Shown one piece after another: positions 1 through 8,674 of a stretch of DNA of 18,212 nucleotides. This stretch comes from an uncultured Aquificales bacterium. Lineage in GTDB: Bacteria > Thermosulfidibacterota > Thermosulfidibacteria > Thermosulfidibacterales > Thermosulfidibacteraceae. The notes under the pieces were generated by a model. It ran no database searches. It was not told the origin of the DNA and saw only the letters and a program-made list of their open reading frames with translations. The translations under genes were made by a program, and so were the position numbers. The DNA is taken from assembly GCA_964411615.1 (NCBI GenBank), contig CAYPLO010000017.1:9710-27921 (forward strand), given 5' to 3'. Every line of letters starts with the position of its first letter. The first letter of the stretch is position 1.

Positions 1-685
1 CCTGCTTTGGAGTCAGAACCTCCGCAAGCTCCCCTCCCCCCTCAACTATCTTCAGGCCCTCTCTTTTCCTCTCCTCCACCTTGGGAGTGCTCTCTACCTT
101 GGAAACGGATGATACCTGCATAGATTCAGTGTGGGCTTCAGGGGCACGTGTGGCAGAAGGACCGACAGGCTCTTTCGGATGGCCTGCGCCCTCAGATACC
201 GTCCCGCTCGAACCCTTGGCCCTGAACCTTGGTCTGAAGGTCAAGAGTCCGGCCAGGAGCCTGTCAAACCCGAGGAGGAGGGCTATAATCAACACCAAGG
301 AGAAGAAGAGCAATCCTGAGCCCAGAGAGCCTATGGCCCTTTTCAGGGCCTCCCCCATACCCGATGCAAGGGCTCCACCCCATCTGCTATGGGGCATCCA
401 CAGGCCAAGGCCAAGCTCTGCTGTGAAGGCTAGCAAAAAAACGAAGAGCCCTGCGAAAATCCCCCTCTTGAGGCGATTCATAAGCAGAGAGGCCGAGAGA
501 ACAATACCCACAAGGGGAATGGAGAGGCCCAGAACGCCCAGTCTCTCAAAGAGGAAGGTCCCTATGTCTAAACCTACAGCCCCCACCAGCCCCTTCGGGA
601 TACGGACCACAGGGGCGAGACAGGAGACCCCCAGAAAAACAAAAAATAAAAGCGAAAGGATGCCGTAGGCCCTTTTAAACCTCAT
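1..685 (-). CDS. ftsK: Probable DNA translocase FtsK/SpoIIIE, N-terminal membrane region and linker (3'-truncated by window edge)
   Basis: Absent from the ORF track. Manual translation from ATG at 685 is open to the window edge: MRFKRAYGILSLLFFVFLGVSC...LVGAVGLDIGTFLFERLGVLGLSIP...WGGALASGMGEALKRAIGSLGSGLLFFSLVLIIALLLG, then a polar Pro/Ser/Glu-rich linker. The spacing of the vG.vG..i...l...lG and GG.l.......lG..G motifs resembles the FtsK 4TM region. The ATPase domain lies outside the window. Confidence 0.7.
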   Translation of the reverse strand, partial: MRFKRAYGILSLLFFVFLGVSCLAPVVRIPKGLVGAVGLDIGTFLFERLGVLGLSIPLVGIVLSASLLMNRLKRGIFAGLFVFLLAFTAELGLGLWMPHSRWGGALASGMGEALKRAIGSLGSGLLFFSLVLIIALLLGFDRLLAGLLTFRPRFRAKGSSGTVSEGAGHPKEPVGPSATRAPEAHTESMQVSSVSKVESTPKVEERKREGLKIVEGGGELAEVLTPKQ

Positions 686-702
686 GGCGAACCCCTGAGG
701 GA

Positions 703-728
703 CCGGGACGGAGGGTTCTCCGTCCCGG
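703..728. other. Perfect 11-bp GC-rich hairpin between fbp and ftsK (possible terminator/attenuator or mRNA stability element)
   Basis: CCGGGACGGAG (703-713), loop GGTT, CTCCGTCCCGG (718-728). No U-tract on either side. Confidence 0.6.
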
Positions 729-738
729 CGGTAGGAGC

Positions 739-1836
739 CTACTCCTCAGCCTTAAACCTCTCCTTGAGCCTCTCCATAACGGCGGGTAGGGTGGTGTACT
801 CCATCTCCTCAAGGTGGAGCCTGTGGGGCTCAAAGGGCCCGTGTCTCCTGATGTAGTCGGTAATCTCAAGGGCCTTCTGCCTGGTGTAGTCAAAGCTCTT
901 GTCCTTAAACATGTCCACAGGACCGATAAGCTGACCATCCGCCAGCTGGAATCCGGCAGCCACCACCCTCGGAGGACCGTCAAACCTGGTGGGAACGGCA
1001 TCCTCAAAGGAGACGGGCATAAGGGGACCGTGGTGGCTACCCCTCATCCACCCCTCAACGAGATGGGGGAAGGCGAAGGCCTCAAGCACCTCGCCCACGG
1101 CAGGGAAACCGGACTGGGCACGGACGATGAGGACAGGGTCATCCTTGCCCACATACCTTCCCGCCATCATGTTGAGCCTCTGGACAGAGGCCTTGGCGGC
1201 TATCTCGCCGTCCGATTTCCTGTAGACCGCTCTTATCATGTAGCGGCCGGAGGCCCCTATGAGCACCAGCAGGTCGTACATCTCCTCAGGACAGCTAAGA
1301 ACCACGCTCTTGTTCTCTATCACATCAAGAACCTCAAACTTGAACCCATCGTGCATGCTGGGGTCTATAACCAATCCGGCGGTGTTGAAGGGGTCGGCAA
1401 ACATCTTGAAGAGGGGCAGGTTCCATGCACCGGGGGATGTCTTATCCGCCATAAAGACGATGACCGGCTCGCTCTTTCTCTCCTCTATCTCCATCTCGGC
1501 GTATCCCGGACCCATACCCCTGAGATTGCCGCTGAAGGCATCACTCAGAAGGTCCTGTCCGGCACCGTAGAGCTTGAGCTTCTTGGCAGCCTCGGTGCAC
1601 CTCATAAAGACGTCCCAGCCCAGCTTGTGGATATCGGGGTTGTCCACCCCCTTGGTGTGGGTGATTATGAGGTTCAGGTCGTCTCCGCAGTAGGCCACGT
1701 GGTAGTCTATTATGGCACCGTCAACCTTGGCAGCATCCAGGCTCTCACGGGCTATCTCAATAAGTTTGGGATGCATGTTGCTGTGGCCAACCCAGCCACC
1801 TATGTCCGCCTTAATCACGCTCAGTGTTACCTTCAT
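739..1836 (-). CDS. fbp: Bifunctional fructose-1,6-bisphosphate aldolase/phosphatase (class V FBPase)
   Basis: Family motifs TLSVIKADIGG.VGH, GDD, YGAGQDLL, DPFNTAGL, YVGKDDP, GWMRGSH, RFDGPP, GPFEPHRL and MEYTTLP. Start moved to ATG 1836 (MKVTLSVIK), which is preceded by the SD GGAGGTG. Confidence 0.96.
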   Translation of the reverse strand: MKVTLSVIKADIGGWVGHSNMHPKLIEIARESLDAAKVDGAIIDYHVAYCGDDLNLIITHTKGVDNPDIHKLGWDVFMRCTEAAKKLKLYGAGQDLLSDAFSGNLRGMGPGYAEMEIEERKSEPVIVFMADKTSPGAWNLPLFKMFADPFNTAGLVIDPSMHDGFKFEVLDVIENKSVVLSCPEEMYDLLVLIGASGRYMIRAVYRKSDGEIAAKASVQRLNMMAGRYVGKDDPVLIVRAQSGFPAVGEVLEAFAFPHLVEGWMRGSHHGPLMPVSFEDAVPTRFDGPPRVVAAGFQLADGQLIGPVDMFKDKSFDYTRQKALEITDYIRRHGPFEPHRLHLEEMEYTTLPAVMERLKERFKAEE

Positions 1837-2737
1837 CCACCACCTCCCGTAGCTTTTTTGCCAGATACGCAACCCCTACAACGGCACTCATATCCCCAAG
1901 CTCAGCCAAACAGAGCTCAACCCTATCCCTTATCCCCGAAAGGAGAAGGGGATAGAAGTGCATCCTAACTTGTTCTAATAATAACATGCCGGCGTTGGCC
2001 AGTCCACCCCCTATAACCACCCTGTCGGGGTCAAGGGCATTGGCAAGTCCTGCAAGTCCCATGGCAACGTTCCTACCCAGGATTCTGAAGGACTCAAGGG
2101 CAGCAGCGTCCCCCGAAAGGGCCCTCCTGTATATCTCCTCAGGGGTTATACCCTCCCCGGAAAGCCTGCGGTAGACCTCCATCAGATACCTGCTTGAGGC
2201 GACAGCCTCAAAGCACCCCCTGTTCCCGCAGTTGCACTCAGGACCGTCGGGCCAGATGACAACATGCCCGAACTCACCCCCAAGGCCGTGGGCACCGTGC
2301 CACACCTTTCCCTCAACTATCAGGGCTCCCCCTATCCCTGTGCCCAGGGTCACCCCCAGAAGAACCTTGGAGCCCCTGCCGGCTCCCATCCACCACTCAC
2401 CCAGCATGTAGGCGTTGGCATCGTTCTCAATAACCACATCAATCCCTACCCTCTCCTTGAGGTAATCCCTGATGGGAAAAACGCCGAAGCCCGGAAGGTT
2501 GGGAGGGTTGTAGATAACCCCCTTCTCAGGGTCCATGGGAGATGCAAAGGCAACACCCACAGCCTCTGCCCCTTCATCCAGGCCCCACTTTATGACATCA
2601 ACGAGCCTCTCAAGAACCGCCTCCCTGCCCTCCTGGGCCTCCGTGGCCATCATCCTCCTGTCAACAACCTTCCCATCATCAGCGAGAAGTCCTGCCTTTA
2701 TCCTGGTGCCGCCCACATCAATCCCCAGCAACCTCAC
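1811..2737 (-). CDS. ROK family sugar kinase (glucokinase-like)
   Basis: GIDVGGT phosphate motif, ENDANA, TLGTGIGG, and the ROK signature/Zn site GEFGH...ECNCGNRGCFE. No N-terminal HTH, so a kinase rather than a repressor. Confidence 0.92.
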   Translation of the reverse strand: MRLLGIDVGGTRIKAGLLADDGKVVDRRMMATEAQEGREAVLERLVDVIKWGLDEGAEAVGVAFASPMDPEKGVIYNPPNLPGFGVFPIRDYLKERVGIDVVIENDANAYMLGEWWMGAGRGSKVLLGVTLGTGIGGALIVEGKVWHGAHGLGGEFGHVVIWPDGPECNCGNRGCFEAVASSRYLMEVYRRLSGEGITPEEIYRRALSGDAAALESFRILGRNVAMGLAGLANALDPDRVVIGGGLANAGMLLLEQVRMHFYPLLLSGIRDRVELCLAELGDMSAVVGVAYLAKKLREVVDEGNTERD

Positions 2738-3804
2738 AGCCCAACCTCCACCTCAGGGTTGAGCAGGAAGAGGTAGTCCACCATACGGGGCTTATCGTCC
2801 TTAATAACATCCCTTGCCATGTAAGCCCGGTACCTCTCATCCCCCATGAGCCTGTAGACCACCCCTATGTCATGCTCAACCAGAGCGGACCAGGGATGGT
2901 CCCCTTTAGCCATCATGAGAAGCTGTAGCGCCTTAGGGTAGTTCTTTGCCTTTATGTAAAAGTAGGCTGTGTTGACCAGAACCTCCACCCTGGTGGGATA
3001 GGAGGAGTAAAGGCTCTCCACTAAAGAAGAAAGGCCCTTAACTCCCGACTTCAGACCGTAAACAACCCTGTTGAAGAGGGACTCGTAAGGGTAAGAGGCA
3101 GAGGCGTCTTTAAGCAGAGAGAGCCCCTTGTCTCTTCTACCGGCCTCCAGGTAGGCAATCCCCAAGTCGTTTGAGACCGCCGCCGCATCCTGGGCCATGA
3201 GAAGATAACCCTCAAGAAGGGAGATTCCCTCACTCAGCCTGCCCGCCCTCACCAGCAGGGAACCCTTCACCCCGTCGTCGTCAACCAGCTCCGCACACTT
3301 GAGGTAGAAGTCCTTAGCCCTCTCATCCCCCAGCACCCTGTAGGCCTCGGCCAGCACAAAGTTGTAGGAGAGGTTATCGGGATGCTCCTTAACCAGCTTC
3401 TCAAGCTCGGCTATGGCATCGGAAATGTAACCGTGCCTCAATGCCACATCGGCGTATATGGCCCTCTCCATCTCCCTGACCTTCAGGTACCTCATCACAG
3501 AGAAACTCACCAGCGCCACTATGGCGGCCACCGACGCGAAGAACAGAAGCTTAAGGGCAAAGGAGGCGCTTAAAAGCTGCTCCTTAAAGGAGTACTCCTT
3601 GGTGAGCTCAAGGAGCGCCTCAGGGTTAAGCTTCGGCTCCTCCTCCCTCTCCCTGTCCCTGGCACCCTCAAAGGACTTTACCAGCCTCTTCCTTATGAGA
3701 AATGTGGTTCCGCACCTGGAACACTTTACCTTGAGGCCCTTACCCGTTATAAGGTCATCCCTCACCACATAGGTGGCACCACACTTCTTACACCTTATCT
3801 TCAT
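2734..3804 (-). CDS. Zinc-ribbon (MJ0042-type finger) membrane protein with C-terminal TPR-like repeats
   Basis: N-terminal MKIRCKKCGATY...KVKCSRCGTTF (CxxC-x19-CxxC), one hydrophobic helix (LLFFASVAAIVALVSFSV), then helical TPR-like segments (HPDNLSYNFVLAEAY, NDLGIAYLEAG, HDIGVVY). Confidence 0.8.
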   Translation of the reverse strand: MKIRCKKCGATYVVRDDLITGKGLKVKCSRCGTTFLIRKRLVKSFEGARDREREEEPKLNPEALLELTKEYSFKEQLLSASFALKLLFFASVAAIVALVSFSVMRYLKVREMERAIYADVALRHGYISDAIAELEKLVKEHPDNLSYNFVLAEAYRVLGDERAKDFYLKCAELVDDDGVKGSLLVRAGRLSEGISLLEGYLLMAQDAAAVSNDLGIAYLEAGRRDKGLSLLKDASASYPYESLFNRVVYGLKSGVKGLSSLVESLYSSYPTRVEVLVNTAYFYIKAKNYPKALQLLMMAKGDHPWSALVEHDIGVVYRLMGDERYRAYMARDVIKDDKPRMVDYLFLLNPEVEVGL

Positions 3805-4834
3805 GGCACATGGCCCTCAGGGCCTCTGAAAAGGGAGGAGAAGCCACTCCCTTCTCAGTGACTATATAGGAGACGAGCTCAGGAGGGGTCACATCAAAGG
3901 CGGGATTGAAGGCGGATGCATCGTCAGGGGTGATTCTGACATCCCTGCAGAACAGCACCTCCTCCTGGGAGCGCTCCTCTATGGGTATCTCATGGCCCTC
4001 CTCAATGGAGGTATCCACAGTAGATGTTGGGGCCACCACAATAAAGGGTATCCCGTGGTGCCTTGCAAGCACAGCCAGAGAGTAGGTGCCTATCTTATTG
4101 GCGACGTAACCTTTGGCCGTTATCCTGTCGGCACCAACCACCACCACATCAACGAGCCCCCTGGACATGAGGTATCCGGCCATGTTGTCGCAGACCACCC
4201 TGTAGGGGATGCCCTCCTTTGAGAGCTCCCAGGCGGTAAGCCTTGAACCCTGTAGCAGGGGCCTGGTCTCGTCCACCCATACCATCTCAACCCTGCCCAG
4301 CTCCCAGGCTTTCCTCACCACCCCAAGGGCGGTCCCGTAACCACCTGTGGCGATGCCCCCCGCATTGCAGTGGGTGAGAATCCTCGCCTTCCGGGGTATA
4401 AGGGAGGCGCCATGCTCCCCCATACTGAGGCAGGCCTCAACATCCTCCTCATGAATCCTGATGGCCTCCGCCCTCAGCTTTCTGATAACCTTGTGCACGG
4501 GGGATACATCATCGGATGCCACCCTCTCCATCCTCTCAAGGGCCCAGAATAGGTTGACCGCCGTGGGTCTGGTGGATGCGAGCAGTTCCTTCACATAGGA
4601 ACATCTCCTCCTGAACTCCTCACGGGAGGCCTCGGCCAAATCCTTCACGCCTATGTAGAAGCCATACGCCGCAGCTATCCCTATGGCCGGGGCACCCCTC
4701 ACCGCAAGGGTCCTTATGGCCTCCGCCACCTCCTCAACGGAGTCCACCTCCAGCCACACCTCCTCAAGTGGAAGCCTCCTCTGGTCCAGAAGAACCACAG
4801 TGTCCCTATCAGTGAGATAGACGGGCCTCAGCAT
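3788..4834 (-). CDS. mtnA: S-methyl-5-thioribose-1-phosphate isomerase
   Basis: Motifs LDQRRLP, VRGAPAIG, RPTAVNL, THCNAG, ETRPLLQGSRLTAWEL, GADRI, ANKIGTY and NPAFDVTP. Confidence 0.95.
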   Translation of the reverse strand: MLRPVYLTDRDTVVLLDQRRLPLEEVWLEVDSVEEVAEAIRTLAVRGAPAIGIAAAYGFYIGVKDLAEASREEFRRRCSYVKELLASTRPTAVNLFWALERMERVASDDVSPVHKVIRKLRAEAIRIHEEDVEACLSMGEHGASLIPRKARILTHCNAGGIATGGYGTALGVVRKAWELGRVEMVWVDETRPLLQGSRLTAWELSKEGIPYRVVCDNMAGYLMSRGLVDVVVVGADRITAKGYVANKIGTYSLAVLARHHGIPFIVVAPTSTVDTSIEEGHEIPIEERSQEEVLFCRDVRITPDDASAFNPAFDVTPPELVSYIVTEKGVASPPFSEALRAMCHEDKV

Positions 4835-5106
4835 CCCAGCCTCTCCCTCACATCATCCGCGGAGAGCCCCTCCACAAGAAGCACCTTGTCCCTGCTGCTC
4901 TCCCCCTTAACGATGCTAACAGCCCCCTTTCTGACCTTCAGTATCTTGGCCATATATTCAACCAGGGCCCTGTTGGCCTTACCATCAACGGGAGGGGCAT
5001 TCACCCACACCTTCAGCCTTCCACCCTCAAAGGCGTGCTTCGTCCTTGAGGCCTTGGGCTGCACCCTAACCTCTATAAACACACCGCCATCGGTATCCCT
5101 TATCAC
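4828..5106 (-). CDS. DUF167 / YggU family protein
   Basis: VRVQPKAS...APPVDGKAN...IVKGESSRDK. Likely start is GTG at 5106 (SD GGAGG; GTGA overlap with the yggT stop). Confidence 0.9.
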   Translation of the reverse strand: MIRDTDGGVFIEVRVQPKASRTKHAFEGGRLKVWVNAPPVDGKANRALVEYMAKILKVRKGAVSIVKGESSRDKVLLVEGLSADDVRERLGC

Positions 5107-5399
5107 CTTATCCTCCAGGCCATCTGCTTGAGGACAGGAACAAGCCACAGCTGCAGAAAGTATATCAGCAGAAGGGCCACAAGAGGGGACAGGTCTATGC
5201 CACCCATAGGGGGTAGCACCCTCCTTATGGGCCTCAGAACAGGCTCCGTCACCCTGTAGAGGAACTGGACTATGGGGTTGTAGGGGTCGGGATTCACCCA
5301 GGAGATGATGGCCCTGATTATGATTACCCAGGTGTAGAGCCTCAGAACCACATCGATAATCACTGCAAGGGCGTATAGAAGCTGAGAGAAGACAAACAT
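5103..5399 (-). CDS. yggT: YggT family membrane protein
   Basis: IIRAIISWVNPDPYNP...TEPVLRPIRR..P..GGIDLSP signature; adjacent to yggU. Confidence 0.93.
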   Translation of the reverse strand: MFVFSQLLYALAVIIDVVLRLYTWVIIIRAIISWVNPDPYNPIVQFLYRVTEPVLRPIRRVLPPMGGIDLSPLVALLLIYFLQLWLVPVLKQMAWRIR

Positions 5400-6707
5400 C
5401 TACCTCCTCCCCATCCCTGTGTACTTGAATCCCAGCTCCTTCACCTTGGCAGGGTCAAAAATGTTTCTCAGGTCAACCAGCACATCACCGGCCATGCGGT
5501 CTTTAAGCTTCTTCAGGTTCATGTTTCTGAACTGGTTCCACTCGGTCACAACAACAACCCCGTGGGCACCCTCCGCCGCATGGTAGGAGTTCTTAGCGTA
5601 GTATAGCTTATCCCCATAGATTCTTCTAACGTTATCCATGGCGGCGGGGTCGTAAACCCTCACAACGGCTCCCTCATCCAGAAGCCTGTTGAGCAGATGC
5701 AAAGCTGGGGCCTCTCTGATATCGTCGGTGTTGGGCTTGAAGGAAAGCCCCAGAACCGCCACAACCTTCCCCTCAACGGAGCCCCCCAGCATCTCCTTCA
5801 CCTTAGAGTAGGCGTACTCCTTCTGCCTCTCGTTCACCTCAACGGTGGCCTTCACAAGCTTGAACTCGTGGCCGTAGTTCTCCGCTATCTTCAGCAGTGC
5901 CTTGGTGTCCTTGGGGAAACAGGAGCCTCCAAAGCCCGGACCGGGATGGAGGAACTTCGGACCTATCCTCCCGTCCAGCCCCATGGCCTTGGCCACCACG
6001 TGCACATCGGCCCCAACCTTATCGCAGAGTATGGCCATTTCGTTTATGAAGGAGATTCTCATGGCCAGATACGAGTTTGAGGCGTACTTTATCAGCTCTG
6101 CCGTCTTTATATCGGTGAAGACGAAGGGGGTATCCCTGAGATAGAGGGGCCTGTAAAGGTCCCTCAGTATGGCCCTGGCGGAATCGCTCTCTGTGCCTAT
6201 CACCACCCTGTCGGGATGCATGAAGTCGTAAACGGCAGAACCTTCCCTTAGGAACTCAGGGTTTGAGGCCACATCAAAACTCACACTGTTCTTCTTCCTC
6301 TTCTCTATAATCTCCCTTATCCAGTAACCAGTGCCCACAGGAACGGTACTCTTGGTGACAACCACCTTGTAGTCGTTGAGATTATCGGCGATTTTTTGGG
6401 CCACCTCCTCAACGTAGCTCAAATCGGCAGAGCCATCCCCACGGGGTGGAGTCCCCACAGCGATAAAGATGACCAGAGAGTCCCTTATGGCAGAGTCTAT
6501 ATCCTGGGTGAAGGAGAGCCTCTCCTCCCTCATATTCCTCTTGACGAGCTCCTCAAGCCCCGGCTCGTAGAAGGGTATCTCCCCCTTTGATAGCATCTCC
6601 ACCTTCTCCTTCACCTTATCGACACAGACCACCTCATTGCCAAACTCCGCAAAACAGGCAGCGGTTACAAGCCCAACGTATCCTGCCCCTATAACGGCTA
6701 TCCTCAT
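5400..6707 (-). CDS. ugd: UDP-glucose 6-dehydrogenase (UDP-glucose/GDP-mannose dehydrogenase family)
   Basis: GAGYVG Rossmann motif, KSTVPVG, SNPEFLREG, catalytic GFGGSCFPKD and FKPNTDDIRE. Confidence 0.93.
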   Translation of the reverse strand: MRIAVIGAGYVGLVTAACFAEFGNEVVCVDKVKEKVEMLSKGEIPFYEPGLEELVKRNMREERLSFTQDIDSAIRDSLVIFIAVGTPPRGDGSADLSYVEEVAQKIADNLNDYKVVVTKSTVPVGTGYWIREIIEKRKKNSVSFDVASNPEFLREGSAVYDFMHPDRVVIGTESDSARAILRDLYRPLYLRDTPFVFTDIKTAELIKYASNSYLAMRISFINEMAILCDKVGADVHVVAKAMGLDGRIGPKFLHPGPGFGGSCFPKDTKALLKIAENYGHEFKLVKATVEVNERQKEYAYSKVKEMLGGSVEGKVVAVLGLSFKPNTDDIREAPALHLLNRLLDEGAVVRVYDPAAMDNVRRIYGDKLYYAKNSYHAAEGAHGVVVVTEWNQFRNMNLKKLKDRMAGDVLVDLRNIFDPAKVKELGFKYTGMGRR

Positions 6708-7513
6708 CTTCCAGCCTCCTCCACAAACCTCCAGGGCGAGATTATGCTGTTTCCCTTCATGATTTCAAATCTGAGAACCGTTGGATACAGGGCCCTTCCC
6801 AGTATCCACCCCCTTTGCACGTACTGCCTCTCCCTCACCCTCCACCTTATCCCCCTACCCGCATAGACCGTGTAGTAGCCCCTTTTGTGCTTGAGTATCA
6901 CAAGGGTCCCCATTGAGTGTATGGACCTTTCAACGTAGACCACCTTCCCCGTGGCAGAGGCCACCACCCTCTCCCCCCTGCCCAGGGGAATATCCACCCT
7001 TCTGTCCACCACCCTGACCTCAACCCCCGAATACACCGGAGATACAAAGAGCAGTCCCCCCAGCCTGAACCTGCGGGGAAGCAGTCCCCTCTTGCCCTCA
7101 AGATGGGCCCTGCTCACCATCTGCCACCTGAGCAGTCTATCACAGGGGAGCATGAGGACCTCCCCCTCCCGCAGAGGCCTCCCCCTCCTGAGGTTATTTA
7201 CCTTCAGTATCTCAGAGACCGGCACCCCAAACTTTAAGGACACACCGATTACGCTGTCCCCCCTGCGGACCTTATAGCTACAGTAGTTGGCGAGCACACT
7301 CAAAGCCCTACAGGGAACCAGCAGCCTTTGTCCCACCCTCAGCACATTGGGGTTGCGTATGCGTCCCCTGTTCACTCTCTTCAGAAAATTGACAGAAACC
7401 CCCGATGCCCTGGCTATACTGTAGAGGGTGTCCCCCCTCTTGACCTCGTAAACACAGTACCTGGCCCCGTAAGAGGGGGAGAAGAGGAGCAGAAGGGCCA
7501 GCACTATCAGCAA
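6704..7513 (-). CDS. Exported LysM-LysM-degenerate M23 protein (NlpD-like)
   Basis: Signal peptide; two LysM repeats (YEVKRGDTLYSIA..., YKVRRGDSVIGVS...); M23-like C-terminus (VVASATGKVVY...GTLVILKH..GYYTVYA...LRFEI). TTG start with SD GGAGG. Lies downstream of surE-pcm. Confidence 0.8.
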   Translation of the reverse strand: MLIVLALLLLFSPSYGARYCVYEVKRGDTLYSIARASGVSVNFLKRVNRGRIRNPNVLRVGQRLLVPCRALSVLANYCSYKVRRGDSVIGVSLKFGVPVSEILKVNNLRRGRPLREGEVLMLPCDRLLRWQMVSRAHLEGKRGLLPRRFRLGGLLFVSPVYSGVEVRVVDRRVDIPLGRGERVVASATGKVVYVERSIHSMGTLVILKHKRGYYTVYAGRGIRWRVRERQYVQRGWILGRALYPTVLRFEIMKGNSIISPWRFVEEAGR

Positions 7514-8043
7514 CCCACTACCTCCCTGACCAAGGAGACCGCCTCCTCTACAGAGGACACCTTTAGAACCCCGGGAATATCCCAGCTGTGCAGAGATACG
7601 ACGGGTTTACCCATCTTCAGAGCGTAGGCTATCTCCGAAAGGGTGCCGTACTCACCACCCACAGCCACAAGCACATCGGCTGTGGCCGCAATAATCACGT
7701 TCCTGGCATGCCCCATACCTGTGGCTATGGCCACAGAAACGTAAGGATTGGCCTCGTGCCTGCTATACCCTGGAACCACCCCTATGCAGAGACCCCCCGC
7801 CTCGCTCACCCCCTTTGAAACTGCCTCCATGACGCCGGTGAGGCCCCCACATATCACCTTAAGACCAAGGGCTGCAAGCTCCCTGCCCAGAAGGTAGGCG
7901 TTGTTGTAGTCCCGGGCAGATGCCTTTGAGGCTCCTATGACACCAACGATATGGTCGGGGCGGCCGGATTCGAACCGGCGACCCCCAGCTCCCGAAGCTG
8001 GTGCGCTGCCAGGCTGCGCTACGCCCCGTCTATCTCCACCCAT
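7507..8043 (-). CDS. TIGR00725-like Rossmann-fold protein (LOG/SLOG superfamily); start uncertain because it overlaps a tRNA
   Basis: IVGVIG...[11 protein letters not shown]...GG..IGVVP...TGMGHARN...[19 protein letters not shown]. The only canonical start upstream of the conserved domain is ATG 8043, 5' of the tRNA. Confidence 0.8.
   Translation of the reverse strand: MGGDRRGVAQPGSAPASGAGGRRFESGRPDHIVGVIGASKASARDYNNAYLLGRELAALGLKVICGGLTGVMEAVSKGVSEAGGLCIGVVPGYSRHEANPYVSVAIATGMGHARNVIIAATADVLVAVGGEYGTLSEIAYALKMGKPVVSLHSWDIPGVLKVSSVEEAVSLVREVVGC
7952..8028 (-). tRNA. tRNA-Pro (anticodon CGG)
   Basis: CGGGGCGTAGCGCAGCCTGGCAGCGCA-CCAGC-TT-CGG-GA-GCTGG-GGGTCGCCGGTTCGAATCCGGCCGCCCCGACCA. 77 nt, full cloverleaf, encoded CCA. 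Confidence 0.96.
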
Positions 8044-8674
8044 AAAGACCCTTCAGCTTCACGAAGACACATCCACCGAGGTCTTCTACCCCGAGCTTCC
8101 CCTTCTCGTCAAGCTTCCTCACCTTCAGTAGTCTCTGCAGGTGCTCATCCCCCACAGGAATCACCATAACTCCACCCACCTTAAGCTGCTCCACAAGGGG
8201 CTTGGGAATTTCAGGGGCTCCAGCGGTGACTATTACGGCATCGTAGGGGGCATGCTCCTCCCAGCCACAGGTGCCATCACCCAGTTTGAAATGTATGTTG
8301 TCATATCCCAGGGACTCCAGAACCTTCCTGGCCCTCTCCTGCAGCACAGGTATCCTCTCAACGGTGTATACCTCATCCGCCAGCTCCGCCAGTATGGCCG
8401 TCTGGTACCCTGAACCTGTACCTATCTCCAGCACCCTCTCACTTCCATCAAGCTCCAGAGCCTCCGTCATAAGGGCCACTATGTAGGGCTGGGAGATGGT
8501 CTGCCCCTCACCTATGGGAAGCGTCGTATCCACATAGGCCATGTCCCTGTATTCTTCAGGTACGAAGAGATGGCGGGGAACCTTAAGCATGGCCTCCAGA
8601 ACCCGCCTGTCGGATATACCCCTTCTTGATATCTCCTCTATAAGTCTCCTTCTTTCAGCCTCGTAATTCCTCAA
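8030..8674 (-). CDS. pcm: Protein-L-isoaspartate O-methyltransferase
   Basis: [31 protein letters not shown]...APYD.I.VTA. TTG start with SD GGAGG; downstream of surE. Confidence 0.96.
   Translation of the reverse strand: MRNYEAERRRLIEEISRRGISDRRVLEAMLKVPRHLFVPEEYRDMAYVDTTLPIGEGQTISQPYIVALMTEALELDGSERVLEIGTGSGYQTAILAELADEVYTVERIPVLQERARKVLESLGYDNIHFKLGDGTCGWEEHAPYDAVIVTAGAPEIPKPLVEQLKVGGVMVIPVGDEHLQRLLKVRKLDEKGKLGVEDLGGCVFVKLKGLYGWR

Noticed and set aside
81..668. 195-aa plus-strand ORF
   Set aside because: Antisense shadow of the FtsK-like gene; Ser/Pro/Arg-rich with no motifs.
814..1968. 384-aa plus-strand ORF
   Set aside because: Antisense to the well-conserved fbp; long shadow ORFs are expected from codon bias.
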